From Porphyridium purpureum (Eukaryota), in contig VRMN01000011.1 in assembly GCA_008690995.1 (NCBI GenBank), forward strand, positions 248,001 to 312,000: a stretch of 64,000 bases of DNA. The letters run 5' to 3'. The position numbers were made by a program, and so were the translations under genes. Shown here one piece after another: positions 1-11,115 of the stretch (its first letter is position 1; the number at the start of each line of letters is the position of its first letter). The notes under the pieces were generated by a model that worked only from the letters and a program-made list of their open reading frames with translations, made no database searches and was not told the origin of the DNA.

Positions 1-1272
1 GTGGCGCGGCGGCTCGGTTTGAATGTTGCTGCGATTGGGCATGTTGGAAACGATACACTTGGACAGATACTGACGTCACAACTTCATGAGCATGGCATCA
101 ATGCCAAGCATCTGGTCGTCTCGCCTACCCAGTCGACTGCGGCGTGCGCGATCATAACGGATGAGGATGGAAATCATACATTTATTGCTTCCAACGAGCG
201 CCCGACCGCGATTTACTCGGATCTGACGGCAATCGATCCACGTACCCAAGAGCATCACGTACCTTCTGAGTTCAGAAGCGCCTTGCAGGCGGCCCGTGCG
301 TTGCTGATCGATGGCTATGCACTTGATGATCTCACGTTTCCGTTGCTCGCAGGTTGCGTCCAAATCGCAAAGCAAAATGGTGCCCTGCTGATTTTCGATC
401 CTCAGGCGACCACGCGCCATTTGGCACAGACCAACCGCCCTCTCTTGGACTACATGTGCTCTAATGCCAGCATTTTGTCCCTCACCATGGAAGAGGCAGA
501 AGATCTGGTCCTCTACGCAGGCGAGGTGGTCTCACGAACACCGTCGGCACGCGCACCAACAATTGCGCGCGCACGTGATCTGTGCTCCCTTTTGTCAGGC
601 AAGTTTCCATCGACGCAGTACATTCTCATCAAATGCGGCGCGGAAGGTTCTTGCGGACTGCAATGCTCAGCGAAGCCCGCGGCGGCTGAACACGCCGTTT
701 TCGTGCACGGGATCGAGCTCGGTGACCGTTTCGTGGACTCGACCGGCGCAGGCGACAGCTTCGTAGCTGCATTCATAGCGGGCCTGCTCCACAACGGACT
801 TGCACCTCTGGAAAATTTGCTGGCCCTCGCGAACGCTGCAGGTGCGGCGACATGTACGGCACGCGGCGCAGGGCCCAACTGCGCGACTTTCGAAGCAGTT
901 GCGGCCTTTCTTCCGGAGAAACTCTCTGAGTCTTTAAACGCCCAGCCCAAAGACCAATACCAAAACCAACCTCACTGCGTGCTGCACGTGACTCTGGAGT
1001 GTCCGGACGCCGTGGAGTCTGCATTTCTCAAGTTGGCCAACGAGCTGGCCGTCCACTCGCGCAAAGAGGTCGGATGCATTTCGTACTCGTTCGCTCGAAG
1101 TTGCGACAACCCGCGCCACTTCATGGTCGTCGAGCGGTTTGCGAGCGTTGAGGCTCTCGACGTCCACTCGAATTCAGAACATTTCAAGCGCATTGTGCCG
1201 CGTTTTGAGGAGCTGGGTGTGCGCACGCTTTCGGCACAAAAAGGCGTCGTCGTCTTAGAAGCGGAAAAATAA
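1..1272 (+). CDS. PfkB/ribokinase-family carbohydrate kinase fused to a C-terminal ABM (dimeric alpha-beta barrel) domain; 5' end lies outside the window
   Basis: ARRLG..AAIGHVGND.LG N-terminal PfkB pattern and DSTGAGDSF signature; C-terminal SRKEVGCISYSF...FMVVERFASVEALDVHSNSEHF is ABM-like. Confidence 0.8.
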   Translation: MARRLGLNVAAIGHVGNDTLGQILTSQLHEHGINAKHLVVSPTQSTAACAIITDEDGNHTFIASNERPTAIYSDLTAIDPRTQEHHVPSEFRSALQAARALLIDGYALDDLTFPLLAGCVQIAKQNGALLIFDPQATTRHLAQTNRPLLDYMCSNASILSLTMEEAEDLVLYAGEVVSRTPSARAPTIARARDLCSLLSGKFPSTQYILIKCGAEGSCGLQCSAKPAAAEHAVFVHGIELGDRFVDSTGAGDSFVAAFIAGLLHNGLAPLENLLALANAAGAATCTARGAGPNCATFEAVAAFLPEKLSESLNAQPKDQYQNQPHCVLHVTLECPDAVESAFLKLANELAVHSRKEVGCISYSFARSCDNPRHFMVVERFASVEALDVHSNSEHFKRIVPRFEELGVRTLSAQKGVVVLEAEK

Positions 1273-1358
1273 ATGCAGGCAAGTTTTACATTGGGAGACG
1301 ATAGTTGGACAGTCAGTTCCGAAGTTCTCTGTGCGGGAGGGAGACACACAAAAGTAGC

Positions 1359-2420
1359 ATGGCTCCCACAGGGTTAGGATCGAACTCCGGAAGTACGGAG
1401 TCATTGTCTTTGGCGCACAGTCTCTTGGCACCCGAGGAGGGCTACGGCTCCGATTCCGGTTCTGCCTCTGGCTCTGGCTCCGGCTCCGGGGTTAAAGTCG
1501 CCCCAGGGGCTGCGGCAGTCGACGAAACCCCTTTGAACGTTCAAGCGTACCGTCGCATTCGAGTCGTACGAGTCGGTGCGCGCGCGGATGCGAACACGGC
1601 GAAATGGTGTCTATATTTATGCGAAGGGGGCGATCAGCTTTCGATTCTGGTGGCGAATCTGCCGATTGTAGTTTCGGAGGCAGCAATCAAGGTGGCACTC
1701 CAGCACTATGTGCCTGTTGCGTCGGTCTCTATTGTACCGGCCCGCGGTGAGGTCAATGAAGTTGCGACTACACAGTCGGCTCTGGTGCGATTTGACAGCA
1801 CCTCGGCGTGCAAAAAGTTGTTTACACTGGGCAACGTTGACCATCTGGCGCGCCTCCTGGATGACAACGAGCGTCTAGGTAGCGCTCGTTCTGGCAACCT
1901 TGATGACGATACAGGTGAAGAAAATAGAGAATCTGCCGCTGCAGCACAGGGCGTCGGAGTCTTGGCACCTTGGCTTCAAGTAAGTGCTCGTGGACCCGAG
2001 AATTGGCTGCTCACAAGAGTCGAGAAAAAGCCGGACCTGCAGTGGTCTCCAGATCAACTAAAATTCTGGGCCGACAGGCAGGCGGCATCGTACGACGATC
2101 GAATGGAACAGCAGCGTCTGGCAAGGGAGCGCCAGCGCGGTGTGGTCGACGCGGACGGCTTCATCATGGTGATGGATCGCAGCAAGTCCAAGAAAAGTGC
2201 TGCGTCTGAAGCGGCACGGATTGCAGGTCAGACACAGCCGACAGCAGAGTCTTTCGAAAAGCGAAAGAAACCGAGCCGCGCTAAGTTGGCGGCGGCAGAT
2301 GATTTCTATGGCCTGAAACACAAGACCGGAAAACGGCGCAGGTTGGCCGACTTGCAAGATGAGTTCAAGCGGGATGCTGAAAAAGTAAACATAGCGAAGC
2401 AGACACGCCAGCGGCGATAA
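1359..2420 (+). CDS. RRP7: Ribosomal RNA-processing protein 7 (Rrp7)-like
   Basis: RRM-like N-terminal part (ILVANLP), VVDADGFIMV motif, DFY...LADLQDEFKRDAEKV C-terminus; first ATG at 1359. Confidence 0.7.
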   Translation: MAPTGLGSNSGSTESLSLAHSLLAPEEGYGSDSGSASGSGSGSGVKVAPGAAAVDETPLNVQAYRRIRVVRVGARADANTAKWCLYLCEGGDQLSILVANLPIVVSEAAIKVALQHYVPVASVSIVPARGEVNEVATTQSALVRFDSTSACKKLFTLGNVDHLARLLDDNERLGSARSGNLDDDTGEENRESAAAAQGVGVLAPWLQVSARGPENWLLTRVEKKPDLQWSPDQLKFWADRQAASYDDRMEQQRLARERQRGVVDADGFIMVMDRSKSKKSAASEAARIAGQTQPTAESFEKRKKPSRAKLAAADDFYGLKHKTGKRRRLADLQDEFKRDAEKVNIAKQTRQRR

Positions 2421-2599
2421 TCAGGCTTTCTTTTTGACGATGCCGAGCGTACGAAACTGTGACTTCACTGAACTATTTAGTATCGAGATGATCCTGCCGT
2501 TTCAAGCGGGTCTTTGAATAAGTTTACTGCGGGGGGTGGCCCCTCGGTCCAGAGTCACAGGAACGCTCCTGCTGCGTGGGCCCGCAAATTTGCGAAACG

Positions 2600-4786
2600 T
2601 TACGAAGGCTTTCGGCTCTGCTTAACGGCCTGCCGTTGACGAAATACGTCAATACTTGGGGCATTTGCTCGCGAAGACCACTCTCGGTCCGTCGCATTTT
2701 CCCCGGCTATTTTAGAAGGAGCTTCTTTTTTGACCTTCTTAATCTCTGACTCCTCACCATCCTCATCGTCTTCGTCTCGGTCGCTCTTTCGTTTACGCTT
2801 CGCAGCCTGAGACGAAATAATACCTCGCTTGATCATTTCCTGGCCCGTAGGTGTGTCGGCAAGGGTATCCGGAACGGAGCGGAGCAGTTCCAGCATCACC
2901 TCCAAATCTGGAGCTGCCTTGCTCAGCGCACTTGCTGGGACTGCGGCAGACATACGCTTCAACGCTTCGTCAAAGTCCAGCTCTTCAGGCTCAACGGCCG
3001 CTGCGGTCTTGCCGCCTTCTCTTCCTCGGCCAGATTTGGCTCCGCCTGGTAAGGCCCCTCCTTGAACGGGCCTCGCCACGGCCACATTCTCACTTCGGCG
3101 TAGTAGGATCTCTGCCTTTTCGTCTTCTGTGACGGGTTCCAGATCAAAAACGGTGCATTGCTTCAAAGCCATATCTACAGGGGAGGGAAGGTACATCGAC
3201 AGGTCTTTCTCTTCTGCTGCCGCCTCCTTTGCCTCTTTCGTGGCCGACCCAATTTTGGACGTCCGAGAGGGCCTCTCGTCGTTAGAGCCCATTAGTACAC
3301 TCACCATGCGGCGTTGTGCGTTGACCCTAGAGTCCAAGTCGCCAAAATGGGTTTCAAACTCGATATACTTTTGCCATAAGTCTATCACGGACCTGTCCTT
3401 GCGCGGAAGGGACTCTAGTACCCGTTGGAAAAAGCTGCCTAGCTTTTCCGAGTTGTTGCACCGCCACAAAAAGTCAGTGTACTGAAGCAGAAACGGCACA
3501 CACTGACTAAATCGCTTCATTCCTAGCTCGAAGATATTTTCCGCGACCTGGTGCTGCTTATTGCGGTGAACTTCAATCCACGCAGCCTCCGCATATGCCT
3601 CCCATCCGACCTCGGCGCGTCGAGCATCCAAAAATACTTTTCTGGCCGCCTCTATGCCGTCGTTGCGGCGGACAAACTGCATGTACTTCGCAAACAGCAG
3701 AGTGCGATTCATCCGGCCACGCTGAATCGCTCTCTCCAGGCTCTCTGAGTACAGAGCACGCGTGACGTTGCTTCTGCCAATGAGCTCATAATAATCCCCG
3801 GCAAATACGGTTATAAGCTCCGAGTATGGCAGTGCGTACAGCGCACGCTTGAGAAGTGTCGCAACACGCTCATTATTTCCGACGTCGATCTCGTACTGCA
3901 CCGCATCCACCCACATGTCCGGGTATCGATACAAGACAGCAAGCGCTTGCTCATAGGCATAGCTGACGCGGGAGTTGAGGTCCTTGGGGTCGAGGCCAGA
4001 AAGGTTTGAGCGTTCTCCCGCAATGTACTTGCGCCAAAGACCCGCCTGTTCCTCTTCGTCAGTATGGCCTCTAGGAGGAGCAGCCAGCGTATTGAGAAGT
4101 AGTCCATCACGTCGATTATGCCGTGCACGAACCTCTGCCCTAGCTTCGTAGTACTTTGGTTGCAACTGCGCAATCAGGCCACGGGCCAACTCTTTGTTTG
4201 CAGACATGTTTTCAAAGGTCTGATAAGCCTTCCAAATTTCTTCCAGGCTATGAATAGGGGCCTGAACTGCACGTTGATACACTCTCCGGAGCGTATCACG
4301 TTTGGCCTGCTCCTCAGCCTGGTTTGACGTAGGTGTGTTTTCGATAAACGCAATATAGTCTGCCCAGATCGGGCGTGCGGCCATGTCGATGCCGATATGG
4401 GCAAGCGCCTCTTCAAAAGCACGGATAATCTGCGTGGGCTCATTCACCAGATCCTTAATGAATGTGACGTAATAGCGCCACAAATCGATGGACGTCGACG
4501 CAAACTCTACGCCGCGCCGCATGATGCTGACGGCAAGATCCTTCTGGTTGGCCTTGACCGCATGCTCACCGTACTGCCGCCACTGGCGCCCCGCGGTGGG
4601 GTACTGCCTGAGAAAGATTTCGTACGCGTCGACGACCGACTGCGACCACGGCTGGCCCATGACCGCGTTGAGCTTTGTGACCCACGCATCGCCATCCCAC
4701 TCGTCCTCGGGCGGCACCAGCGGCAGGGCCGGCTCCTGCGCTCTACCGCCGCCCCCGTTCTCCTTGGACTTCCTTCTGGACCCCAT
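2600..4786 (-). CDS. CSTF77: Cleavage stimulation factor 77 kDa subunit (Suf/Rna14), HAT repeats
   Basis: YEIFLRQYPTAGRQW, SIDLWRYY, LRRVYQRAV..P, AENIFELGMKRF HAT/Suf motifs; likely ATG at 4786 (MGSRRK); the ORF-track extension to 5164 is non-ATG. Confidence 0.88.
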   Translation of the reverse strand: MGSRRKSKENGGGGRAQEPALPLVPPEDEWDGDAWVTKLNAVMGQPWSQSVVDAYEIFLRQYPTAGRQWRQYGEHAVKANQKDLAVSIMRRGVEFASTSIDLWRYYVTFIKDLVNEPTQIIRAFEEALAHIGIDMAARPIWADYIAFIENTPTSNQAEEQAKRDTLRRVYQRAVQAPIHSLEEIWKAYQTFENMSANKELARGLIAQLQPKYYEARAEVRARHNRRDGLLLNTLAAPPRGHTDEEEQAGLWRKYIAGERSNLSGLDPKDLNSRVSYAYEQALAVLYRYPDMWVDAVQYEIDVGNNERVATLLKRALYALPYSELITVFAGDYYELIGRSNVTRALYSESLERAIQRGRMNRTLLFAKYMQFVRRNDGIEAARKVFLDARRAEVGWEAYAEAAWIEVHRNKQHQVAENIFELGMKRFSQCVPFLLQYTDFLWRCNNSEKLGSFFQRVLESLPRKDRSVIDLWQKYIEFETHFGDLDSRVNAQRRMVSVLMGSNDERPSRTSKIGSATKEAKEAAAEEKDLSMYLPSPVDMALKQCTVFDLEPVTEDEKAEILLRRSENVAVARPVQGGALPGGAKSGRGREGGKTAAAVEPEELDFDEALKRMSAAVPASALSKAAPDLEVMLELLRSVPDTLADTPTGQEMIKRGIISSQAAKRKRKSDRDEDDEDGEESEIKKVKKEAPSKIAGENATDREWSSRANAPSIDVFRQRQAVKQSRKPS

Positions 4787-6623
4787 CGTTCCCTTCGCTC
4801 CTCGAACGCTCAAGCCCGGCTTGCCCCAGTCTGGCCTCTCCGCATAGATCGCGGTTGCTGCGAAGGCCGTCGGTGTACTCAAGCGGAAGCGAACGCGCTC
4901 TGGGGAAGTAGGGCGATTTGTTGACGCCAGAAAGTGTCGGAATGCAGCGCGCGCCGAATGAAGTGCGTCTCGGAGTGAGATGTGAGCGACGCGAACCCAT
5001 GCGAGGGACGAAGCTGACGAGAGACTTTCCGGCGAAACCTGTGGCAAAGCCGGCAGCGGCACGGCGCACACGCGCGCTGACAACTGCACGACAGGTGCTC
5101 CGCCGGCGGCTCCAACGCTCAGCAAAGGGAGCAGTCGCAACGGCGCAGATCGCGGCGGGTGCAAAGTCCTTAGTGCTCGAGGTGGCGACAGGCAGCACGA
5201 TTGACTGTGCTTTCTTCGGTGGAGGTTCCCCGTCTGCTGCAGGCGAGGAGAACATGAGAATGCCCGTAGAAATGCGGCACCACTGCACTACCTGACCGCC
5301 GGTGCGCGGGAAAAGGCCAACGGGGAGGCTTGTAACTTTGCGTCGCCAGAGTTCTCCAAGTGCCTCGGAGAAAGGATGCGTCGGCGTGCGAGCGGCATTC
5401 GACGTGCTAACCGAGTGCCAGCAAAATGCAAACGGGAATGTCACGGACACGCAGCACTCGCCTCTTGTGCTTCGAGCGAGCCTTCATTTGTTTATCGCCG
5501 AAGAATGAGATCTGCGTTCCTCAGTCAGCCAAGTTGCGCGAGTACAATGAGTCTGCTTTGGTTCTTTCAGTGCAGACGGAGTCAACGCGCGACTGCCGGC
5601 CAGGATGAATCACAGACTTTGTAAAACGGTATGATCCCCATCCAGCCCTGACCGGGAATCATGCTTGCAATTGGCAGCAGCGCATCACCCAGGATTTTGT
5701 GGTATCTAGAATGGGATGGTGCGCGCCCTGCTGACAGAGTACGTGATACAGCCGTGCGGCTCGCTCAGCGATGAAAGTGAGCATCCTCGGTGTCTTAGTG
5801 TGAGGGCCGGACAGACAGGCAGGCTGTATGTGGCAGTCCGAAAAGAATTCGACTAAGCACTGGAGCACAGACCTGAACAAAGAAAGAAAATCATACATAT
5901 TTCGTCGAGCGCGCGACTCTGACAGTCCGAGTTATGCGAAGAAGGTCCCGCGGCTTGGCAAGGCGAGTCACACGAAGCGGAAGACGGCAGCCACCAAGAC
6001 ATTGCCCGCCGCGCGAAATGAGCCATTCTGTGCTTTCAGCGCACAGCGCGCCAGGGAGATGACGTCGCCGTGGTGTATAACAGTGCTGTCGACGAACAGC
6101 AAGACGCATTAAAGCATTTATTCCAGCCACCGGCGTGCCTTTGTACCGGCAGTGTGCTCCTGTGCGACACCGAGATGCATAACGGTCTCGCTCATTTCAC
6201 GCGGCCTCGAATTCAGTCTCGTTTGAGAGCATCTCGCCCTCGACGAGCAGCGAGAGCGTAGCGCCGTGCGCGTCGAGCACGAGGAATAAGTTGGCGGTGC
6301 AGGTTCGAACCGCGCGCAATGACAGGTCCGATTCGCCGGTCGCGGCCCGCTTCGCCATTTGCTTTCTCCGAGACTTGCTTATCTTTCGAAAATACTCAAT
6401 GCACGGTGCGTACTCACGCGCGAGCGCCACGGCGCCAGCCCGACTGCTCATGCCGTTCGTCCCGCTGCCAGCGCTCTCTCCACCTCTGTTGCGCATCGCA
6501 CTGTACTTGCGGCCCTCGAGCGGTACACCCGCGGTTCCCCGCCCGCCTGCAGCAGCGCGGGCGGCGCAGTAAGCGGCGTAGCTCGGAGAGCGACGCGTGC
6601 AGTCGATACGCGCACGCACAGCC

Positions 6624-8747
6624 ATGCTCGTCATGTACGTAGGGAGCGCTACCTGGTCCGACGGCAGGCAGCTCCATCGCGTGCCCCACGTGGCCAAGTG
6701 TCCGTTGCGGACAGCCTCGCGGCAGCTCGCGCCGCTTCGCGTCGTGCGTACGTGCGTGCACGCGTCCGGCTCGGACGCGCACAGCAGCAGTGTCCCGGCA
6801 AATGCGACCGATAGTGAAGCGGGCGCTGATATGAGCGCCACGGCATCTGCGCGAGTAGCGCTCTTCCGGTTGGAAGATGTAGACGATGAAAATCTTCTCA
6901 ACTCAGATGATGATCTCGACATGGATCTTCTCATGGATGAGGTCGATGCGAACATCAGAAATGCGGAAATGAGGGATCGTGCGGTGAGTCCTGCAGACCG
7001 CCGTAGTCACGCAGACGCCAAAGAAGCCGTCCTTGAGGGTGCGTTGGGTCAAGCGGACGAGGCCAACGCCGAGCCGCAGTGGGACCGCCTGGGCCCTATG
7101 CAAGGCGAGAGCACCTCGACACTGGACCCGGACACCGAGTTGCTGCTGCGCTCGCTAAGTCGTGTTCCGCCAAACCCAGATGAGTTTCCTGCCTATTTTG
7201 AGGTAGTGGAGAAAGCAGTTGAATCCCGCGGGTTTGAAGTCGAGGCCGGTTCGAAACTGCTGCGCCAGCTGACCACTTTCAAGCGCGCCTCTCCTGACCA
7301 CCGGAGAGCAATGCAATCCTTCATGCAGAAATCACGCTTTTGGTCTGCTTGGGTTCGGCGCATGGTCCCTCTGCTGCCAAGAGCAGACCCGATGTCCCTG
7401 GCCTTGATTTTGAACTCCATATCCCACTTGGAAATTCGGGCGCCGCCTGAGCTGATGGAGAATTGGTACAAAGGCGCGACTGATTTGCGCCCGTTTGAAA
7501 TCAAGCCTCTGAGTATGTGTCTGTTGTCACTCGCAAAGCTGGGCCAGCGCCCCAGTGACGAATGGATGGCAACATTTTATCGTGAATTTGTTCGCAAGCG
7601 CGCAGAAATGAGCCCCCGGGCTCTTGGGAACACGATTTGGGCTCTCGCGTCCATGCGCATGAGACCGCCTTCCTTTTTCTTTGACGCTTTCGATGACGCA
7701 TTCGAGAAGAATATCGATCGTATGGACGCGCAAACGCTTTCGAATGCAGCTTGGGCTTACGGCACCCTGCAGCAGCGACCATCCATCGAGTTCCTACGCG
7801 CGTGGTACTCCAGCTTCAGCACAGGCTACGAAATGATGACAGGAAACGCTCTAGCAAACAGCTTATGGGGATTTGCTAAGCTTGACATCATGCCTTCGGA
7901 TGCGTTTATGAGCCGCTGGTTCGAGCGCTTTCAAACGACTGCGTTCCAGTTTAGTGCAATCTCGTTGAATCGAGCGTTGTGGTCGTTCGGAAAGCTCCGA
8001 CTGCAACCAAGTGACGCGTTTCTGACCACGTGGCTTATTGAGTTTGAAAAGAAGGCACCCAATTTTCTTGGGGCTCATCTGTCTCAATCTGTGTGGGCGC
8101 TTGCGCGCCTCGGAATCCGCCCTCGACAGCGTTTTGTCGAGGTGTGGACTGAGCAGTACTTGCGTGCTGTGCAAAAGGAAGGCGGTGCTCTGTCACACTC
8201 AACGTGGAGCAACGCCATTTGGGCTCACGCCAAGTTGATGATCATCCCTTCGCCCAATTTCTTGAAAGCGTTCTACGTTGCGTACTCGGAACAACGTGGC
8301 AGGCACAGCTGGCCGCAGTTGTGCCAGGTACTGTGGTCGTTTGGCAAGCTGAACATCCCGCCGCGAGAGGATTTCCTCTTTGACTGGGAGGACGACTTTC
8401 TTCCGCTGCTTGAAAAGGCGGATGGGCAAGCGTTGTCCAACGTGATATGGACGTTCGCGCGCTTAGATATTGTGCCGAGCGGACGCTTTCTTCGCGCATG
8501 GATGGACACGTTTGAAGGTTCTGTGGACCGTCTGATGGGACAAGAGTGTGCCAATATCTTGTGGGCATGGGCGAAGCTGGACATCTATCCCGGCGACCGC
8601 GCGTGCGACCGCTGGTACCAGCAGTACAAGCTTGCGTGGAAGATGCGCGACAAGTACCCATTCTACCCGGTCCCGGCGCAGAATCTGCGGCGATTCGGCA
8701 TGGAAGCCCTCGCGGACGGCAATCCAAACACAGGCGAGATCATGTAA
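6624..8747 (+). CDS. Octotricopeptide-repeat (OPR)-like helical repeat protein, probably an organellar RNA-binding protein
   Basis: About 11 tandem ~38-aa repeats of type xxxLSNxxWAxAKLxxxP; Arg/Ala-rich N-terminal targeting-like peptide. Confidence 0.75.
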   Translation: MLVMYVGSATWSDGRQLHRVPHVAKCPLRTASRQLAPLRVVRTCVHASGSDAHSSSVPANATDSEAGADMSATASARVALFRLEDVDDENLLNSDDDLDMDLLMDEVDANIRNAEMRDRAVSPADRRSHADAKEAVLEGALGQADEANAEPQWDRLGPMQGESTSTLDPDTELLLRSLSRVPPNPDEFPAYFEVVEKAVESRGFEVEAGSKLLRQLTTFKRASPDHRRAMQSFMQKSRFWSAWVRRMVPLLPRADPMSLALILNSISHLEIRAPPELMENWYKGATDLRPFEIKPLSMCLLSLAKLGQRPSDEWMATFYREFVRKRAEMSPRALGNTIWALASMRMRPPSFFFDAFDDAFEKNIDRMDAQTLSNAAWAYGTLQQRPSIEFLRAWYSSFSTGYEMMTGNALANSLWGFAKLDIMPSDAFMSRWFERFQTTAFQFSAISLNRALWSFGKLRLQPSDAFLTTWLIEFEKKAPNFLGAHLSQSVWALARLGIRPRQRFVEVWTEQYLRAVQKEGGALSHSTWSNAIWAHAKLMIIPSPNFLKAFYVAYSEQRGRHSWPQLCQVLWSFGKLNIPPREDFLFDWEDDFLPLLEKADGQALSNVIWTFARLDIVPSGRFLRAWMDTFEGSVDRLMGQECANILWAWAKLDIYPGDRACDRWYQQYKLAWKMRDKYPFYPVPAQNLRRFGMEALADGNPNTGEIM

Positions 8748-8989
8748 ACCTTATCGTGAATACGCGCGCGCCCTGTCCCTTGTCAGCAGTGCCGCCCTTT
8801 GGCTCCTGGCCCGAGCTGCACGCGCTGCAGCGTCCGAGTGTAAGCCTCATGTACTGTACCCCTGCCGCCAAACGGCGCATCTCGCTGCGTTCCACGCCCA
8901 CCTGGCACACACGGTTGTGCGCCTAGCGGCAGGCTGGGGCGCGACGGGTTCGGACGCCGCGTTCCCACGCCCCCGGGTATGCTGCGTGC

Positions 8990-11104
8990 ATGCGTTCCGG
9001 CTCCTGCTCGACGCGCGCGACGCTGATGGAGGACAAAGACGCTATTGATGTTTTGTGGACGCCGGAACGCGCGAACGTCGATGTGAGCGCGCTCCATGTC
9101 ACAAGGTTTATCGCGTTCGTCAACGAGCGCTACGACGCAAGGCTTCCCGCCGCTGAGTTTGAGCCCTTGCATGGCTGGTCCGTCGCACACCATGTCAAAT
9201 TTTGGGACGCGCTCTGGCACTTCCTGGGTATTCTGCATGAGAATCCGTACGAGACAGCGCTGCGCCTTGACCGCGATCGGACGAGGCAGGGACGGCCTGC
9301 CCTGGTCGATGTCGATTGGTTTCCCGGTGCGACCTTGAATGTCACTCAAAATCTTCTTCGGTGCGCAGTGACACATCCTGGTCGCATCGCACTTTCTTTC
9401 ACTTCGGAAAATGCAGCGATACCCTCATCAAGCTGGACATTCGCTGAATTGGAGTCCAAGGTGCATATACTTGCCTCGTACATGAAAGAAAGGTGCTCCG
9501 TCTCCACCGGGACACGAGTGGCCGCCATCATGCCGAACTGTGGAGAATGCGTCGTTGCTGCGCTCGCCACTTTTGCTCTAGGTGCTTGCTGGAGTGCATG
9601 CTCCCCGGACATGGGCGAGGCCAGCGTCCTGGATCGAGTCGGTCAGGTCAAACCAGTGGTTTTAATCATGGTGGACTGTGTGTCGTATAAGCGCAAAGTC
9701 TTTGACTGCAACCCTTTATTGGAGAAATTCGTTACTTCGTGTGACTCGGTTCGGCACGTCATACGACTCAATTGGTCATCGCTTTTGATGGCCTCGGATG
9801 GCATGTGTACTCCGCTCACAGAATTACAGAAAGCCCGTGCATCATCATCCGAGGAAATGGCGTTTCATGACTTTCATGAAATATTAGAAGGTGGCGGTCC
9901 GTCAGAGTTTGCGTACGCCCATATTTCGTTTGAGGATCCAATGTACATAATGTTTTCAAGTGGTACAACAGGCGTGCCTAAATGCCTTGTACAAGGTCCG
10001 GGTGTTTTTCTGAATCACCTTAAAGATCTCATGCTGCATGTGGATCTGCAACCTTGTCATCGCATGCTTTTCTACACGAACACTGGGTGGATGATGTGGA
10101 ACTGGATGCTGTCAAGCCTTGCCGTAGGTTCAGAACTCGTTCTTTACGATGGAGCAGCGCTGGTGCCAGACAATGTTTCTGTTCTTCTCCGTGTGGCCGC
10201 CCAGTCAAAAGTAACCCACTTGGGTGTCAGTCCGGCATACCTCGCAGCCCTTCAATCTGCTCAAGTCGAGCGCGACCAGGGGCTACGCTGGCCGGAACTT
10301 GAAATGCTGCTAGTCACTGGCTCGCGGTCTTACAAATCACATTTTGTCTATGCCCAGACTCTCTTTGGGTCTCACGTTCCGTACGTTAGTATTTCAGGAG
10401 GCACAGATATCAACGGGACTTTTGCGAGCGCTTCGAAGCTGAAGCCTGTCGTGAGTGGGGAGCTGCAGGCGCTCTCATTGGGGCTCGACGTTCGAGTATT
10501 TGATAGCAGTGGAACGAGTCTGGTTGACACTGAGGGCGAGCTCGTGTGCCTGACTCCTTCTCCAAGCATGCCTTTGTACTTGCTGAACGATGATGCCAAT
10601 TGTCGCAGGTATCGGGACACGTATTTTGGTTTGTTTGGAGATTCATGCTGGTTTCACGGGGACACAGCAGTCCTGACGGATCGGAAGACGCTTGTCATCT
10701 TGGGCCGCTCAGACGCTGTGTTAAATCCCGGCGGTGTGCGACTGGGCTCGGCGGACTGGTACAGAGTTCTTGCGAATGTCGAAGAGATCGAGGATTGTCT
10801 TGTAACAGCCCAGCCATGGAAAGATGATGAACGAGTGATCTTGTGCGTTGTTTTGAGGAATGGAAAATGCAGTATATCACAGGAACTCGTGTCGAAGATG
10901 AACAAGCTTCTTCGTGAAAAGCTCTCGCCGCGTCACGTCCCAGCAGTTACCGTTGCTGTCCGGGAAATTCCATACACACATTCGGGTAAAAAGGTCGAAG
11001 TCGCCGTGAAGCGATATTTGAGCGGACGGACAGTGCCGAACTTGGCGTCAATTAGAAATCCAGAGTCCCTTGACCAGATCAAGTCGGCTGTTCTTGGTGC
11101 GTAA
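8990..11104 (+). CDS. AACS: Acetoacetyl-CoA synthetase (AMP-forming)
   Basis: YIMFSSGTTGVPK AMP-binding motif, GWMMWNW, SISGGTDI, GRSDAVLNPGGVRLG, SPRHVP, SGKKVEVAVK. Confidence 0.9.
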   Translation: MRSGSCSTRATLMEDKDAIDVLWTPERANVDVSALHVTRFIAFVNERYDARLPAAEFEPLHGWSVAHHVKFWDALWHFLGILHENPYETALRLDRDRTRQGRPALVDVDWFPGATLNVTQNLLRCAVTHPGRIALSFTSENAAIPSSSWTFAELESKVHILASYMKERCSVSTGTRVAAIMPNCGECVVAALATFALGACWSACSPDMGEASVLDRVGQVKPVVLIMVDCVSYKRKVFDCNPLLEKFVTSCDSVRHVIRLNWSSLLMASDGMCTPLTELQKARASSSEEMAFHDFHEILEGGGPSEFAYAHISFEDPMYIMFSSGTTGVPKCLVQGPGVFLNHLKDLMLHVDLQPCHRMLFYTNTGWMMWNWMLSSLAVGSELVLYDGAALVPDNVSVLLRVAAQSKVTHLGVSPAYLAALQSAQVERDQGLRWPELEMLLVTGSRSYKSHFVYAQTLFGSHVPYVSISGGTDINGTFASASKLKPVVSGELQALSLGLDVRVFDSSGTSLVDTEGELVCLTPSPSMPLYLLNDDANCRRYRDTYFGLFGDSCWFHGDTAVLTDRKTLVILGRSDAVLNPGGVRLGSADWYRVLANVEEIEDCLVTAQPWKDDERVILCVVLRNGKCSISQELVSKMNKLLREKLSPRHVPAVTVAVREIPYTHSGKKVEVAVKRYLSGRTVPNLASIRNPESLDQIKSAVLGA

Positions 11105-11115
11105 ATGTTTCTGCT

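Noticed and set aside
4900..6600. Possible small gene or ncRNA between CSTF77 and the OPR gene, including an acceptor-like TTTCTTTGTTCAG on the minus strand
   Set aside because: No recognisable protein or RNA motif and no consistent exon model; needs RNA-seq
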